Origin: Stegostoma tigrinum
Lineage: Eukaryota
NCBI RefSeq assembly: GCF_030684315.1
Contig: NC_081354.1
Location: 52,480,434-52,544,258 of the forward strand
Length of the DNA stretch: 63,825 nucleotides
Direction: 5' to 3'
Below, piece after piece: positions 24,780 through 36,026 of the stretch. The notes beneath the pieces are model-generated. The model was not told the origin of the DNA. It saw nothing but the letters and a program-made list of their open reading frames with translations, and did no database searches. Made by a program: the position numbers and the translations under genes. Numbering within the stretch: the first letter of the stretch is position 1; every line of letters starts with the position of its first letter.

Positions 24780-26150
24780 AGTGTAGATGAGGATAGTGCA
24801 GTTGGTGTAGTTTATATAGATCTCAGCAAAGCCTTTGACAAGACTGATCAAGTAAAATCAAATTGGATCCAGGGTAACTTGTCAAGTTGGAGCCAAAATT
24901 GGCTTAGTGATGGGAGACAGGGTAGTGGCAGAGGCTGTTTGGGTATAAAGTTTTTGAGACTTGTGGCTTGGGTTGTGGATGAGGTTGTAGACTTGCTGGC
25001 TGAGCCAGTGTGTTTTGGGGAGGCCAGGGATGAGTGCTGGATCCCTTATTGTTTGTGATATATATAAATTAGGTAGATGAGTGTGGGTGGAGTGATTAAT
25101 ATGCTTGTGGATGAAATCATGGCTGGGTGGGTGGTTGACAGTGAGGAAGAAAGACCCAGGTTATGGAGGATATAAATCAATTGTTCGGATGAGAAGATGG
25201 AATTTAACCCTGATGAAAGAGTAATTGATGATTAGCAGGACACTAAGAAGCTCAGAGGGATCTTGGGACTTAATCTATAAACCCTGCAGGTGATGGGACA
25301 GGCTAATAATATGGTTAAACAACCTTAGAGGATGCTTGCCTTTATCAGGTATGGCATAGATTATAAGATCAAGAGGTTATTGTGGAGCTGTATAGGATTT
25401 TGGTCAGGCCACAGATGGAGTACTGTACACAGCTGTGATCTCTGCACAATAGAAGGAATGTAATTGCACTGGGCGAGGTGCAGAGGAGATTCATCAGGAC
25501 ATTGCCTGGGATGGAGGACTTTAGATATGAAGAGAGGCTGGTAAAGCTTGGATAACAAAGTGTGGAGCTGGATGAACACAGCAGGCCAAGCAGCGTCTCA
25601 GGAGCACAAAAGCTGATGTTTCGGGCCTCGACCCTTCATCAGAGATGGTCTCTCTGAACGTTCTAGGCCCGAAACGTCAGCTTTTGTGCTCCTGAGATGC
25701 TGCTTGGCCTGCTGTGTTCATCCAGCTCCACACTTTGTTATCCTGGATTCTCCAGCATCTGCAGTTCCCATCATCTCTGGTAAAGCTTGGGTTTGCTTCA
25801 GAGCAGAGAAAGTCATGGTGGGACCTGATGGAGGTGAAAAGATGAGGGGTATGCACAGGGTCAATAGAGAGTAGCTGTTCCCCTTAGTTGAAGGATCAAC
25901 TACAAGGGTGCATTATCATAAAGTGACAGACAGCAGGTTCAGTGGGGATTTGAGGGAAAGGTTTTTTCACCGAGAGTTATGGGCGGTCCAAAATGCACTG
26001 CTTGGAAGTGTAGTTGATGCAAGTAACCTCACAAATTTAAAAGTACTTGGATGAGTACTTGAAATTTCATAACTTTCAAGGCTGTGGCATAGTGCTGGAA
26101 AGTGGAACCAGTGTAGACTTAGTATGGCTTTGTCACTATAGAGTTGGTGA
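24780..26150 (+). mobile_element. Decayed CR1 LINE 3' half
   Basis: Degenerate VVYIDLSKAFDK, LVRPQMEYC.Q and VQRRF.R motifs; interrupted by PLE ends at ~24945 and 25552. Confidence 0.75.
25552..25776. mobile_element. PLE-end mini-element: inverted pair plus tail, 14-bp TSD
   Basis: CTGGTAAAGCTTGG at 25538-25551 and 25777-25790; minus-strand hammerhead core at 25615-25642. Confidence 0.88.
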
Positions 26151-27790
26151 GCCAAAGTGGCTGTCCTCTACTGCATGTACGCTTTTGTGTTCCATCAAAC
26201 AGCTCTTTCCACTTCTTTAATTGTTTCTCTGCACAGCATTGTACAAAGTTACGTATGTCCACAAGATGAACTTTCTTCAATTTTTTCAGTCTATTTAAAC
26301 TCTCTTAAATCCTTTCTTCTTTCAATCACTACCATTTTATGTAAAGGCTCATTAAGTAACCTACTATTCACCTGCACCAGCATAGAATATTGTGGGCGTA
26401 TGTGGTTCTGTAACTGGATGTTGAACTGTATGAATGTATTTCATAGACTGCCTTCACGTGTTTTGCCACTTCCATTGCTCATCACTTGTGCTTCTCATGA
26501 TATGAAACAAATTGTGTCCCTGCATGTTGAGTTATTAGATGCAAACTGAAGCCATGTTTATACTGGAATGGAATCTTGCCAGTAAAAAGCAGTATACTTC
26601 TCCCAGTGTTGGTCAGAACTATGTTTTTTCTCAAAGTCTTTAGTTTTTTTGAGTTTTTACAAGTGCATTGAGAATCCAGTTGCAGAGAAACAACCAATTG
26701 ATTTTTCCATATTATTTTTTATTCCAGCTGATCCTTTTTGGTTTTCTGTTAATCAACAGAAATATCTGGGAGCAAAGACATCTTTTTTGAGCACTGGGAT
26801 CTAAATCTCTTAGTGTGAGAATATCAATATCATGTACTGTTTTAAAATGAATATGTATACTTTTGAAATGTGATCTCTTCAAATGAATTTGTATATTGTA
26901 TGTTGAACTGTGCAGGCACAAAAGCTACTCAATTAGTTCTACTGGGAGAAAGTAGAACACTAAAATAGGGTTATATGAGGATTTGCAGAGGTTTGCATTC
27001 TGCTCATTGTCCTATTATAAAGCTATTTAATTGTTCTCAACAATTCAATGCAAACAAAGGAATGTTTCTAAAGCAGTATTGTAAGAAATCGATCTTTTAA
27101 GTATTCATTGTTTCACCTTGGGAAGTTTGCTTGATTGAATTTAGGTTTGTTTTCTTGTCCAACTGCCCGTTTCAGGTCACAAGTACACTTGTTTATTGGG
27201 AAGCAACTACTTGTAAACAAATGAATTACCTAAAAACCTGCCCAGCTTCTTAATATTTAAACAATTACATAATTGACTATGCTGTATGTGCTGTAAAAAT
27301 ACTTGGATGGCACATGAGCACGAGCCTTCCTCCATCGGTGTGATTTGTATTTGTCAGTTATTTGTTTTCGGAGGATTATGAATCCCTGTCTCCCTCCATT
27401 TATTTTCCCCATTAGGTTATATATTGCACGTGTTTTCTTTCAGGCCTGTAGCTGATTAGTTGATTGTATATGCAGTGTTTAATGATTAGTGCCACTTAAA
27501 AGCAAGTGCTGTAAATCTATGCTGAGTGGTCAAAACAACAAAGTTTTATGCTTCCTGTAACTGATTAGTGGCATGGTGAGGAGAGAGAAAAACATTAAGT
27601 CTCAAGTTTGCATTTCAACATTGTTTATTTAGCTGGTTTTCAACTGCCCATTAAAATCTTGTTTATTTGTCTTTTTTTCCATTTTGTTTTGCATCAATGT
27701 GGAGAATCCAAGATAACAAAGTGTGAGATAATAAAATGTGAGGCTGGATGAACACAGCAGGCCAAGCAGCATCTCAGGAGCACAAAAGCT

Positions 27791-27818
27791 GACGTTTCGG
27801 GCCTGGACCCTTCATCAG
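27791..27818 (-). ncRNA. Minimal hammerhead ribozyme motif (downstream copy)
   Basis: Minus strand reads CTGATGA-A-GGGT(CCAG)GCCC-GAAA-CG-TC. Confidence 0.7.
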
Positions 27819-28045
27819 AGAGGGGGATGGGGAGAGGGAACTGGAATAAATAGGGAGAGAGGGGGAGGCGGACCGAAGATGGAGAGAAAAGAAGATAGGT
27901 AGAGAGGAGAGTATAGGTGGGGAGTTAGGGAGGGGATAGGTCAGTCCAGGGAAGACGGACAGGTCAAGGAGGTGGGATGAGGTTAGTAGGTAGATGGGGG
28001 TGCGGCTTGGGGTGGGAGGAAGGGATGGGTGAGAGGAAGAACCGG

Positions 28046-29071
28046 TTAGGGAGGCAGAGACAGGTTGGACTGGTTTTGGGATGCAGTGGGTGGGGGGGAA
28101 GAGCTGGGCTGGTTGTGTGGTGCAGTGGGGGGAGGGGACGAACTGGGCTGGTTTAGGGATGTAGTAGGGGAAGGGGAGATTTTGAAACTGGTGAAGTCCA
28201 CATTGATACCATTAGGCTGCAGGGTTCCCAGGCGGAATATGAGTTGCTGTTCCTGCAACCTTCGGTTGGCATCATTGTGGCAGTGCAGGAGGCCCATGAT
28301 GGACATGTCATCTAGAGAATGGGAGGGGGAGTGGAAATGGTTTGCGACTGGGAGGTGCGGTTGTTTGTTGCGAACTGAGCGGAGGTGTTCTGCAAAGCGG
28401 TCTCCAAGCCTCCGCTTGGTTTCCCCAATGTAGAGGAAGCCGCACCAGGTACAGTGGATGCAGTATACCACATTGGCAGATGTGCAGGTGAACCTCTGCT
28501 TAATGTGGAATGTCATCTTGGGGCCTGGGATAGGGGTGAGGGAGGAGGTGTGGGGGCAAGTGTAGCATTTCCTGCGGTTGCAGGGGAAGGTGCCGGGTGT
28601 GGTGGGGTTGGAGGGCAGTGTGGAGCGAACAAGGGAGTCACGGAGAGAGTGGTCTCTCCGGAAAGCAGACAGGGGTGGGGATGGAAAAATGTCTTGGGTG
28701 GTGGGGTCGGATGGTAGATGGCGGAAGTGTCGGAGGATGATGCGTTGTATCCGGAGGTTGGTAGGGTGGTGTGTGAGAACGAGGGGGATCCTCTTTGGGC
28801 AGTTGTGGCGGGGGCGGGGTGTGAGGGATGTGTTGCGGGAAATACGGGAGACGCGGTCAAGGGCGTTCTCGATTACTGTGGGGGGAAAGTTGCGGTCCTT
28901 GAAGAACTTGGACATCTGGGATGTGCGGGAGTGGAATGTCTTATCATGGGAGCAGATGCGGCGGAGGCGGAGGAATTGGGAATAGGGAATGGAATTTTTG
29001 CAGGAGGGTGGGTGGGATGAGGTGTATTCCAGAAGTGTGAAGCTGGATGAACACAGCAGGCCAAGCAGCAT
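28046..29071 (-). CDS. PLE-derived open ORF: thumb region, Cys linker and GIY-YIG endonuclease, no RT core (341 aa)
   Basis: SSHPPSCKNSIPYSQFLRLRRICS; CNRRKCYTC; VVYCIHCTWCGFLYIGETKRRLGDRFAEH; EQQLIFRLGTLQPNGIN. The ATG comes from the upstream terminal repeat. Expression is unknown. Confidence 0.6.
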   Translation of the reverse strand: MLLGLLCSSSFTLLEYTSSHPPSCKNSIPYSQFLRLRRICSHDKTFHSRTSQMSKFFKDRNFPPTVIENALDRVSRISRNTSLTPRPRHNCPKRIPLVLTHHPTNLRIQRIILRHFRHLPSDPTTQDIFPSPPLSAFRRDHSLRDSLVRSTLPSNPTTPGTFPCNRRKCYTCPHTSSLTPIPGPKMTFHIKQRFTCTSANVVYCIHCTWCGFLYIGETKRRLGDRFAEHLRSVRNKQPHLPVANHFHSPSHSLDDMSIMGLLHCHNDANRRLQEQQLIFRLGTLQPNGINVDFTSFKISPSPTTSLNQPSSSPPPTAPHNQPSSSPPPTASQNQSNLSLPP

Positions 29072-29089
29072 CTCAGGAGCACAAAAGCT

Positions 29090-29117
29090 GACGTTTCGGG
29101 CCTAGACCCTTCATCAG
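29090..29117 (-). ncRNA. Minimal hammerhead ribozyme motif (upstream copy)
   Basis: Minus strand reads CTGATGA-A-GGGT(CTAG)GCCC-GAAA-CG-TC. Confidence 0.7.
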
Positions 29118-29317
29118 AACTGTGTTCATCCAGCTTCACACTTTATCTTCAATCCACTTTTAGGCCTTTGTTACCCAAATTAGTCCAGTTCAAAAATGGA
29201 TAGCCCATGTGAAACTTTCTCTATCCTGCTCCAACAATGATTCTAAGCCTCAGCTTTAAAAGATATAGACCTTATTCACTTGGGATAGCTTTAGACGCTG
29301 ATTGGGATAGAAGCTGT

Positions 29318-29425
29318 TGTGTGCAGTGGTAGAGCCACTACCTCTGAGCAGAGAGGCCTGGGTTCACGTTGCGTCTGTTCCAGAGTGTGTGATAACATCC
29401 CTGAATGGCTTAATTGGAATAAAAA
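29318..29425 (+). mobile_element. Short tRNA-derived SINE (~110 bp)
   Basis: gtgcagtggtag...cctctgagc...ggcctgggttca...taacatc; homologous to the two copies at 49018-49240. Confidence 0.6.
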
Positions 29426-30381
29426 AGACACTGGGGAAACCAGATCAGATCAGTGGTGGACAGGAGCCTAAGTCATCTCAGCCCACCCACTAATCAATAA
29501 CATAGTGTACCAGGAGGAGTGGCAAGGCCATTAGTTGCTGTGTAGTATATTTAGTTTTATTTATATCATTTGACATTTTTACTTACAGATTATTGTAATT
29601 AGTGACTTCCAGCACCAAGATGTTCAATTAAGCAGCTTGGAAATGGTTAGAGGCTTGCAACTGGTAATTATACCTTTTTATTGCATCAGTGACAATGGGG
29701 GATTTTCTGATGATTGCAGATAAAATGGCCCAACCAGATTTCTGTTTCTGATTAATTGAATAAACACACTTAAAACATATCATTACATTCCTGCAGTTCC
29801 AAAAATCACCTGGTAAATTAGTGCTTTATCATAATAAGTGGTTCTGAAATATTGCCTGTGAAAATAAGGATTGTATTTAAATGGCATCTCGTCAGGTTTG
29901 TCAGAAATGCAAATGAAATATGTTGGAATACAGTGTTGTATACAAGCAAATGCAACAATCATTTTCACACAGCAAGACCTCATAATAGCAGGTGGCACAA
30001 CTGGTTAAATGTGTTTACTTGTATAATGTGTAAGAGTGACTACACATCAAAAGTACTTAATTCACTGTAAAAACTGAGCTGCTGCAGAGTTGTGTTAAGT
30101 GCTGTATAATGCAAGCTTTTTAAAAAAAATTTGGAGTGATTTTGTTCACAAGAATATCAGAAAAGTTCTCTGCTTCAAACAATGTCAAGAAGCTTTCAGT
30201 ATCCACTTCAAACATCACACTACGTGCACTGACTTAGATTATTACTTGAAAGTCTCTGTCACCAGTTGTTTGTTTCTCATGCTACAATGCAGTCATTTCC
30301 CAATTTCTCACCATTCTAATTACTTTGCCCCAGTGAAAGTTTGTTTTATTCTTGTACAAAACTGACTGACTTTACTCTTCT

Positions 30382-30532
30382 GAGATACAAAGTGTGGGGC
30401 TAGATGAACGCAGCAGACCAAGCAGCGTCTTAGGAGCACTCCTGAGATGCTGCTTGGCCTGCTGTGTTCATCCAGCCCCACACTTTGTTATCTTGGATTC
30501 TCCAGCATCTGCAGTTCCCATTATCTCTGATT
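30382..30532. mobile_element. PLE-end mini-element (hairpin lacking the ribozyme core), 13-bp TSD
   Basis: Inverted arms meeting at ggagcactcc; ACTTTACTCTTCT at 30369-30381 and 30533-30545. Confidence 0.85.
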
Positions 30533-31409
30533 ACTTTACTCTTCTACTGTACAAGCCTTTCCCCTTCACTTCTGTTCACAAATTGGATAATGGATCAAAG
30601 ACTTTGTAATATATAATGGTTGAGAGATGTTGTTTGAATGCTGAGCTAATTGCCTATTTGTAGCATATGGGAAAATAACATGGAGGTCATTGACATCTTC
30701 GCTAGCTAATTGGTAAACACTGTTTTCAAAAAAAAAGAGATCTTGCTTTCAAGATGGAGACTTTTTTCATCAGAAAGTCCGTAGTTCATAGAATTCTCTT
30801 CTCCAGAAGACAGTGGAGTCCGGATTATTGAATTCATTCAAGGATGAGTTCATGAGATAGGCAAGGAAGTCAGGGTTATGTGGATCTGAAAGGAAACTGG
30901 AATTGACACCACAACCAATCTTTAATTACCCATTGTTTCACTTTGGGAAGTCTGGTTGGCTAAATTTAGATTTGTTTTCTTGTCTAACTGCCCTCTTCAG
31001 GTCACAAGCATACATTTTTTTTATTGGGAAGCAACAACTTGTAAACAAATGAATTCCCAGAAAACTTGCCCAACTTCTTAATACATAAATAACTACATTA
31101 TTGACTATACTAGAGATTTTAGAAAGCATTTATACATGCAGAGTCATAGAGGTTTGGAACTCTCTTCCTCTTGTATTAACAATTGATGTTAATACAGTTT
31201 TTTTTATTAAGCAAGAATATCAAGGCATGTGGGCCCAATGCAAGCATATGGAGTTGGGCCACAGCCCCATCAGGATCTTACTGAATGGAGGAGCAGGCTC
31301 AGGGGGTTAAATGGCCCTCTCCCATTCCTATGTTCCTTGTGAGCAAAATGACTAACACAAGAAATAAGTTCTCCATTCTGATGAACTTTATTATACTATT
31401 TTCTTGATT

Positions 31410-32075
31410 TTCACACTGTGTGCCCTGGTATATGAATTTCAGAAAGCTAACATGCAGCTGCAGCAAGCAATTACAAAAGGAAATGGTGTTATAGCTATTG
31501 TTGCAAATGAATTTCAGTATGAGAGAAAATAAGTCAAACTAAATCATGCAGGGCATGGCTGAGGCCATAGCTAGAATACTGTGTGCAGTTATGGGTCCCT
31601 CAACCAAGAAATGACCTGTTTATCTTGGAGGGATTATAATTACAAGCCATGATCTCTAAAATGGGAACATTGTCCCATGAAAAGAGACTGAGTAAACTTG
31701 GTCCGTATTATGTGGACCTGAGAAGAATGAGAAATCATCTATTGAAATATGTTGAGAAAATGTTTCCCCAGCTGGGGAATCAAGAACCTAGAATCACAGT
31801 CTTAAAGTAAGGAGTTGACGATGTAGGTTTGAGATCAGGATGAATAAATAACTTCACTCAAATGTTTGTGAATTTTTGAGATTTTCTTCACCAAAAAAAT
31901 TGTAGATGTGTAAATATAGTATATTCAAGAGAAAGAGGTCACTAACTTGCGAATACTGGGAGGCATGGAAACAGTGCTAGAAAGTGCAGTCAAAGTAGAA
32001 GATGGAGCATAATGTTGCTGAATGGTAGAGCAGACTCAAAAAAAACCAACTGTTCCCACTTCGGTCTTTATGTTC
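31410..32075 (+). mobile_element. Old CR1 LINE 3' fragment
   Basis: Degenerate RP.LEYCVQLW and ERLSKLG motifs. Confidence 0.6.
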
Positions 32076-32489
32076 ACCCCCATTACATCCCCAAGTAAGG
32101 TGACCCAGTGATGTCAGCTAATATGGAATACTTTGTACTGTTATGAGAATCAAGATGTAATCGATTGAATAAAGTAAATCCTGTCATAACTCACCTAAGA
32201 ATTCCTAAGAAAGGCCTTGTCTCACCAGTTGTTTGCTCAGCACATGTATGAAATATTCACTGTTTTTGTTACCTCTTTAGAATATCATACAGGATAGGGT
32301 AAGACCTATTCCCCAAAATAATTCAGACTGCTTACAGGGAGTCAGTGGATGCCAATGAATTGAAATATCACACTTGACAGGTGACACTTGTAACAGCAAC
32401 ATGGAGACCATTGAATTGTATCTCCCTCAGAAGAGTATCAAATGGAACAATTGCAACTGTCTCACTCTCTCTCTTTTGTAACTTTTTTT

Positions 32490-33440
32490 TTTAATTCCTT
32501 CATGGGCAGAATGCATTACAGGCATGGCCAGAATTTGTTGTTTGTCCTGGTTCTCCTGGAGGTGGTGGTGGTGAGTCACATTTTTGAACCACTGTAGTCC
32601 TTGGGCTAGATATTGGAATAGATGTACCTACGCTGCTGTTAAAAAGGGAGTTCCAGAATCTTGATACCTGGACAATGAAGGAACAGCATTATAATTCCAT
32701 GTAAGCTTGGATGTATGCGTACAGATGTTGGTGTCCCACCCCCAGGTTTCTGCTAACCTTGTCATTCTAGATGGTCGCGATTACAGTTTTGGAAAGTATT
32801 GTTGAAGAAGTCTCAGTAAGTTAAAGCATTTCATCTTGTAGATAGTGCATGCTGCTGCCACTGTGTGTTGATGGAGGGAATGATCATTTAGGTGCCAATC
32901 AAGCAGGCAGCTTTTACATGGATGGTAATGATCAAGGCAAGTGGAAGATATTCCTTCACACTCCTGACTTGTTTCTTTTAGAATTAGATTAGATTCCCTA
33001 CAGTGTGGAAACAGGTCCTTTGGCCCAACAAGTCCACACCACCCCTTGGAGCATCCCACCCAGACTCATCCCCCTTAAACCATACATCCCAGAACACTAT
33101 GGGCAACTTAGCATGGCCGATCCACCAAGCCTGCACATCTTTGGACTGTGGGAGGTAACCGGATTACCCGGAGGAAACCCACGAAGACACAGAGTATGTG
33201 CAAACTCTGCACAGACTGTTACCTGCGGCTGGAATTGAACCCAGGTCCCTGGCGCTGTGAGGCTGCAGTGCTAAGGCTTTGGAGGAGTCAGGAACTGTGC
33301 TCATCGCCCCAGTATTCCCAGCCTTGAATCTGCTTTTTGAGCCGTTGTATTAACGTGGCTAGTCCAGTTCAGTTTCTGGGATCATTCAGGATGTTGATAG
33401 TGGGAGATTCATTGACAGTAACCTCATTGAATGCCAAGGG
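32490..33440 (-). mobile_element. Non-LTR 3' fragment (same family as 18258) hosting a V-SINE
   Basis: Similarity to 18258-18830 on both sides of the SINE. Confidence 0.6.
32979..33273 (-). mobile_element. V-SINE/HE1-type SINE
   Basis: Same V-domain and tail as 9918-10221, with a short (TTAGA)n tail. Confidence 0.85.
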
Positions 33441-33619
33441 AAATTTGCTTCCAGCATGATCTGACTCTTTATTTTCTGTATGTTAGCCTACAGAACCTAC
33501 CTAAAGAGTTGCATTTGTATTGAGTCCAATGTACACCAATATGACATCTTAGGCTTTCATTTACACTAGGGTTGTAAGGCTGCCTATAATGTGGAGATGT
33601 CACTATTTGACTGAAGTGG

Positions 33620-34495
33620 ACAAGGTCAAAAATTATCAACACCAAATTATAGTCCACAGGTTTATTTGAAAATGCACACTTTCGGAAATCAGGTCCTTCC
33701 TCGGGCATAGTGTGAGTGAATCTTCAATCAGTTAGGAGGGAGACAACTGATTAAAATGCAAAATCCATATTCCTTTTAAGTCATTGTCCTGAGATAATTA
33801 AAGATATAATCAACGTATACAAGAGGTGACATCTCAGGTCTGACAATGCATTTTAGGTGTGAGCTCTTGCTTAGAATCTGTCTGTCTTAAACTGGGATCA
33901 AGTTTTCTTTTGTTTTTGTGCAAAACAGAATGTATCTGCAACTACACAAATGTTTTGGTTGAAATAATTAATGTGCGTGTCTGTGTTTGAGAGAGAATGT
34001 GTGTGTGTGTGTGTGTGTGTGTGAGACTACATCGTGTGGTGGGGTCACCTGTAGTGTGACACGAACCCAAGATCATGATTGACTTAAACAGTATGAAACT
34101 TGACTATCAGCCTCTGCTCAGCGATTTTTCCATTGTTGTGTATCTCAAAGTCCACCTTGGAGATCGCTTACTCACAGATCAAAGGCTGAATATCATTGAC
34201 CGAATGCCCCTGTCCGGTGATTGTTGCGCAGTGTTCATTCATCTGTTGTCATAGTGTCTGCATGTGTCTTTCCCATATACCATGCCTCAGGGCATCCTTG
34301 CCTGAATTGTATGAGATAGACAAACATTGGCCAATTCACATGAGTATCTGCCATGTACATGGTGGGCGCTGTTCCCACCTGTCACAGTAGTATCCATGTC
34401 GATGATCTGGCATGTCTTGCAGAAGTTGCCATGACAGAGTTGTGTGGTGTTGTGGTCAATGTTGCCCTGAGGGCTGGGTAGTTTGCTGCGAACTT
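33620..34495 (-). mobile_element. Penelope-like element, family D (decayed GIY-YIG and terminal repeat)
   Basis: Minus-strand remnants RQGCPEAWYMG, AEQRLI and DLGFVSHYR; decayed hammerhead-like CCGAGGA-A-GGA...TCC-GAAA near 33680-33705. Confidence 0.7.
33998..34023. repeat. (TG)n microsatellite
   Basis: About 13 TG units, directly visible. Confidence 0.95.
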
Positions 34496-34999
34496 GGGTT
34501 ACTTAGATTATGATTACATCACATACATTGTTGATTAACTTACTAAATGATTGGATGGTGGCTACATTCTAAGAGACTAAATGCCACCTGATGGAGTGTT
34601 TTAAAAGTCATTCATGGAAAGTGGATGTCACTAGCTGGGCCAGCATTTATTGCCCATCCCTAGTTAACCATATGACATAAGAGGAGGAGCAAAAGTAGGT
34701 TATTTAGCCTATTGAGTCCGCTCTGCCATTCAGTGAGATCAGGGCTGATCTGATAATCAGCTTCACTTTTTTGCCTTTTCCCCATCACACTTGATTCTTT
34801 TACTGATGTAAAATCTGCCTGTATCAGCCTTGAATATACTTAATGCTGTAGCCTTAACAACCCTCTAAAGAACTTAATGAGTTCACTACTTTCTGAGAGG
34901 AGAAATTCCTCTTCATCTCTGTATTAAATGTGTGACCCTTATTCTGAGAATGTGCTCTCTGGTCCTACAAGGGGGAAACAGCCTGACCTTATCTACCCC

Positions 35000-35330
35000 A
35001 GGGAGGTGATGGTCTAGTGGTATTATCACTAGATTCTTAATCCAGAGACCTAGGTCATGGACTGGGCTCTGGGTTTGAATTCTATCATGGGAGGTGGTGG
35101 ACTTTGAATTCAAATCTGGAATGAAGAGTCTAATGATGACCATGAAACCGTTGTTGAATGTTGGAAAAACCAATCTGGTTTACTAATGTTTACTAATTTA
35201 GGGAAGGAAACTGCCATCCTGACCTGGTTTGGCCTACATGTGACTCTCAAACAACCATCTGGGCAGTTACGGTTGAGCAATAAATGCTGGCCCAGCTGGC
35301 AACGTCCCATCCTATTAATGAATAAAAACA
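35000..35330 (+). mobile_element. tRNA-headed SINE, near complete
   Basis: A-box TGGTCTAGTGG, B-box GGTTTGAATTC, tail gcaataaatgctggcc...aatgaataaaaa. Confidence 0.8.
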
Positions 35331-36026
35331 AACGTCCTCTAAGAATCTTAGATTGTTGTAGCGATGTACAACACGGAAGCAGACTCTTTGGTCCAACTCC
35401 TCCAGGCTGACCAGAAATCCTAAATTAATCTAGTCCCATTTGTCAATATTTACCCTTCCTATTGTATAACCATCCAGATATCTTTTAAATGTTGTGATTG
35501 TACCAGCCTCCACAACTTCCTCCACCCTCTCTGTGAGTAAGTTGCCCCTTGGATCCCTTTTGAAAAAGTTGCCCCTTAGAGCCCACTCATCTTAAACATA
35601 TACTTTCCAGTTTTGGACTCCCCTATCCTAGGGAAGAGACCTTGACTATTTACCCTATCTATGCCCCTCATGATTTTATAAACCTTTATAAGGTCACCTT
35701 CAGCCTCTGACTCTCCAGAGAAAATAGCTCCAGCCTATATGGCCTCTCCCTATCGCTCAAACTCTCCAATCCTGGCAACATCCTTTTAAATCTTTTCTGA
35801 ACCCTTTCAATTGAAACATCTTTCCAATAGCAGGGAGACTAGACCTCAACGCAGTATTCCAAAAGTGACCAAAATAATGTCCTGTACAGACTCAAAATGA
35901 CCTCCCAACTCCTATACTCAATACACTGACCAATAAAGCAAGCATACCAAATGGCTTCTTCACTACCCTGCACACCTGTGACTCCACTTTCAAGGAACTA
36001 TGAACCTGCACTGCAAGGTCCTTTTT

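Larger units (their letters stand above)
27700..29150 (-). mobile_element. Young Penelope-like (Neptune-type) element, 5'-truncated, with direct terminal repeats and a short inverted stub
   Basis: Terminal repeat at 27735-27819 is repeated at 29035-29118; inverted stub at 29120-29150; CpGs largely intact. Confidence 0.93.

Noticed and set aside
28065-29020. Several plus-strand ORFs of 100-135 aa, also seen at 10.8-11.9 kb
   Set aside because: Antisense shadows of the GC-rich PLE ORF, recurring only because the element is repeated.
23778-30532. Inverted-repeat mini-elements as DNA-transposon MITEs, or the recurring repeats as a CRISPR-like array
   Set aside because: The arms are PLE terminal repeats with variable-length TSDs and asymmetric tails. 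There is no regular repeat-spacer periodicity, and the DNA is eukaryotic.
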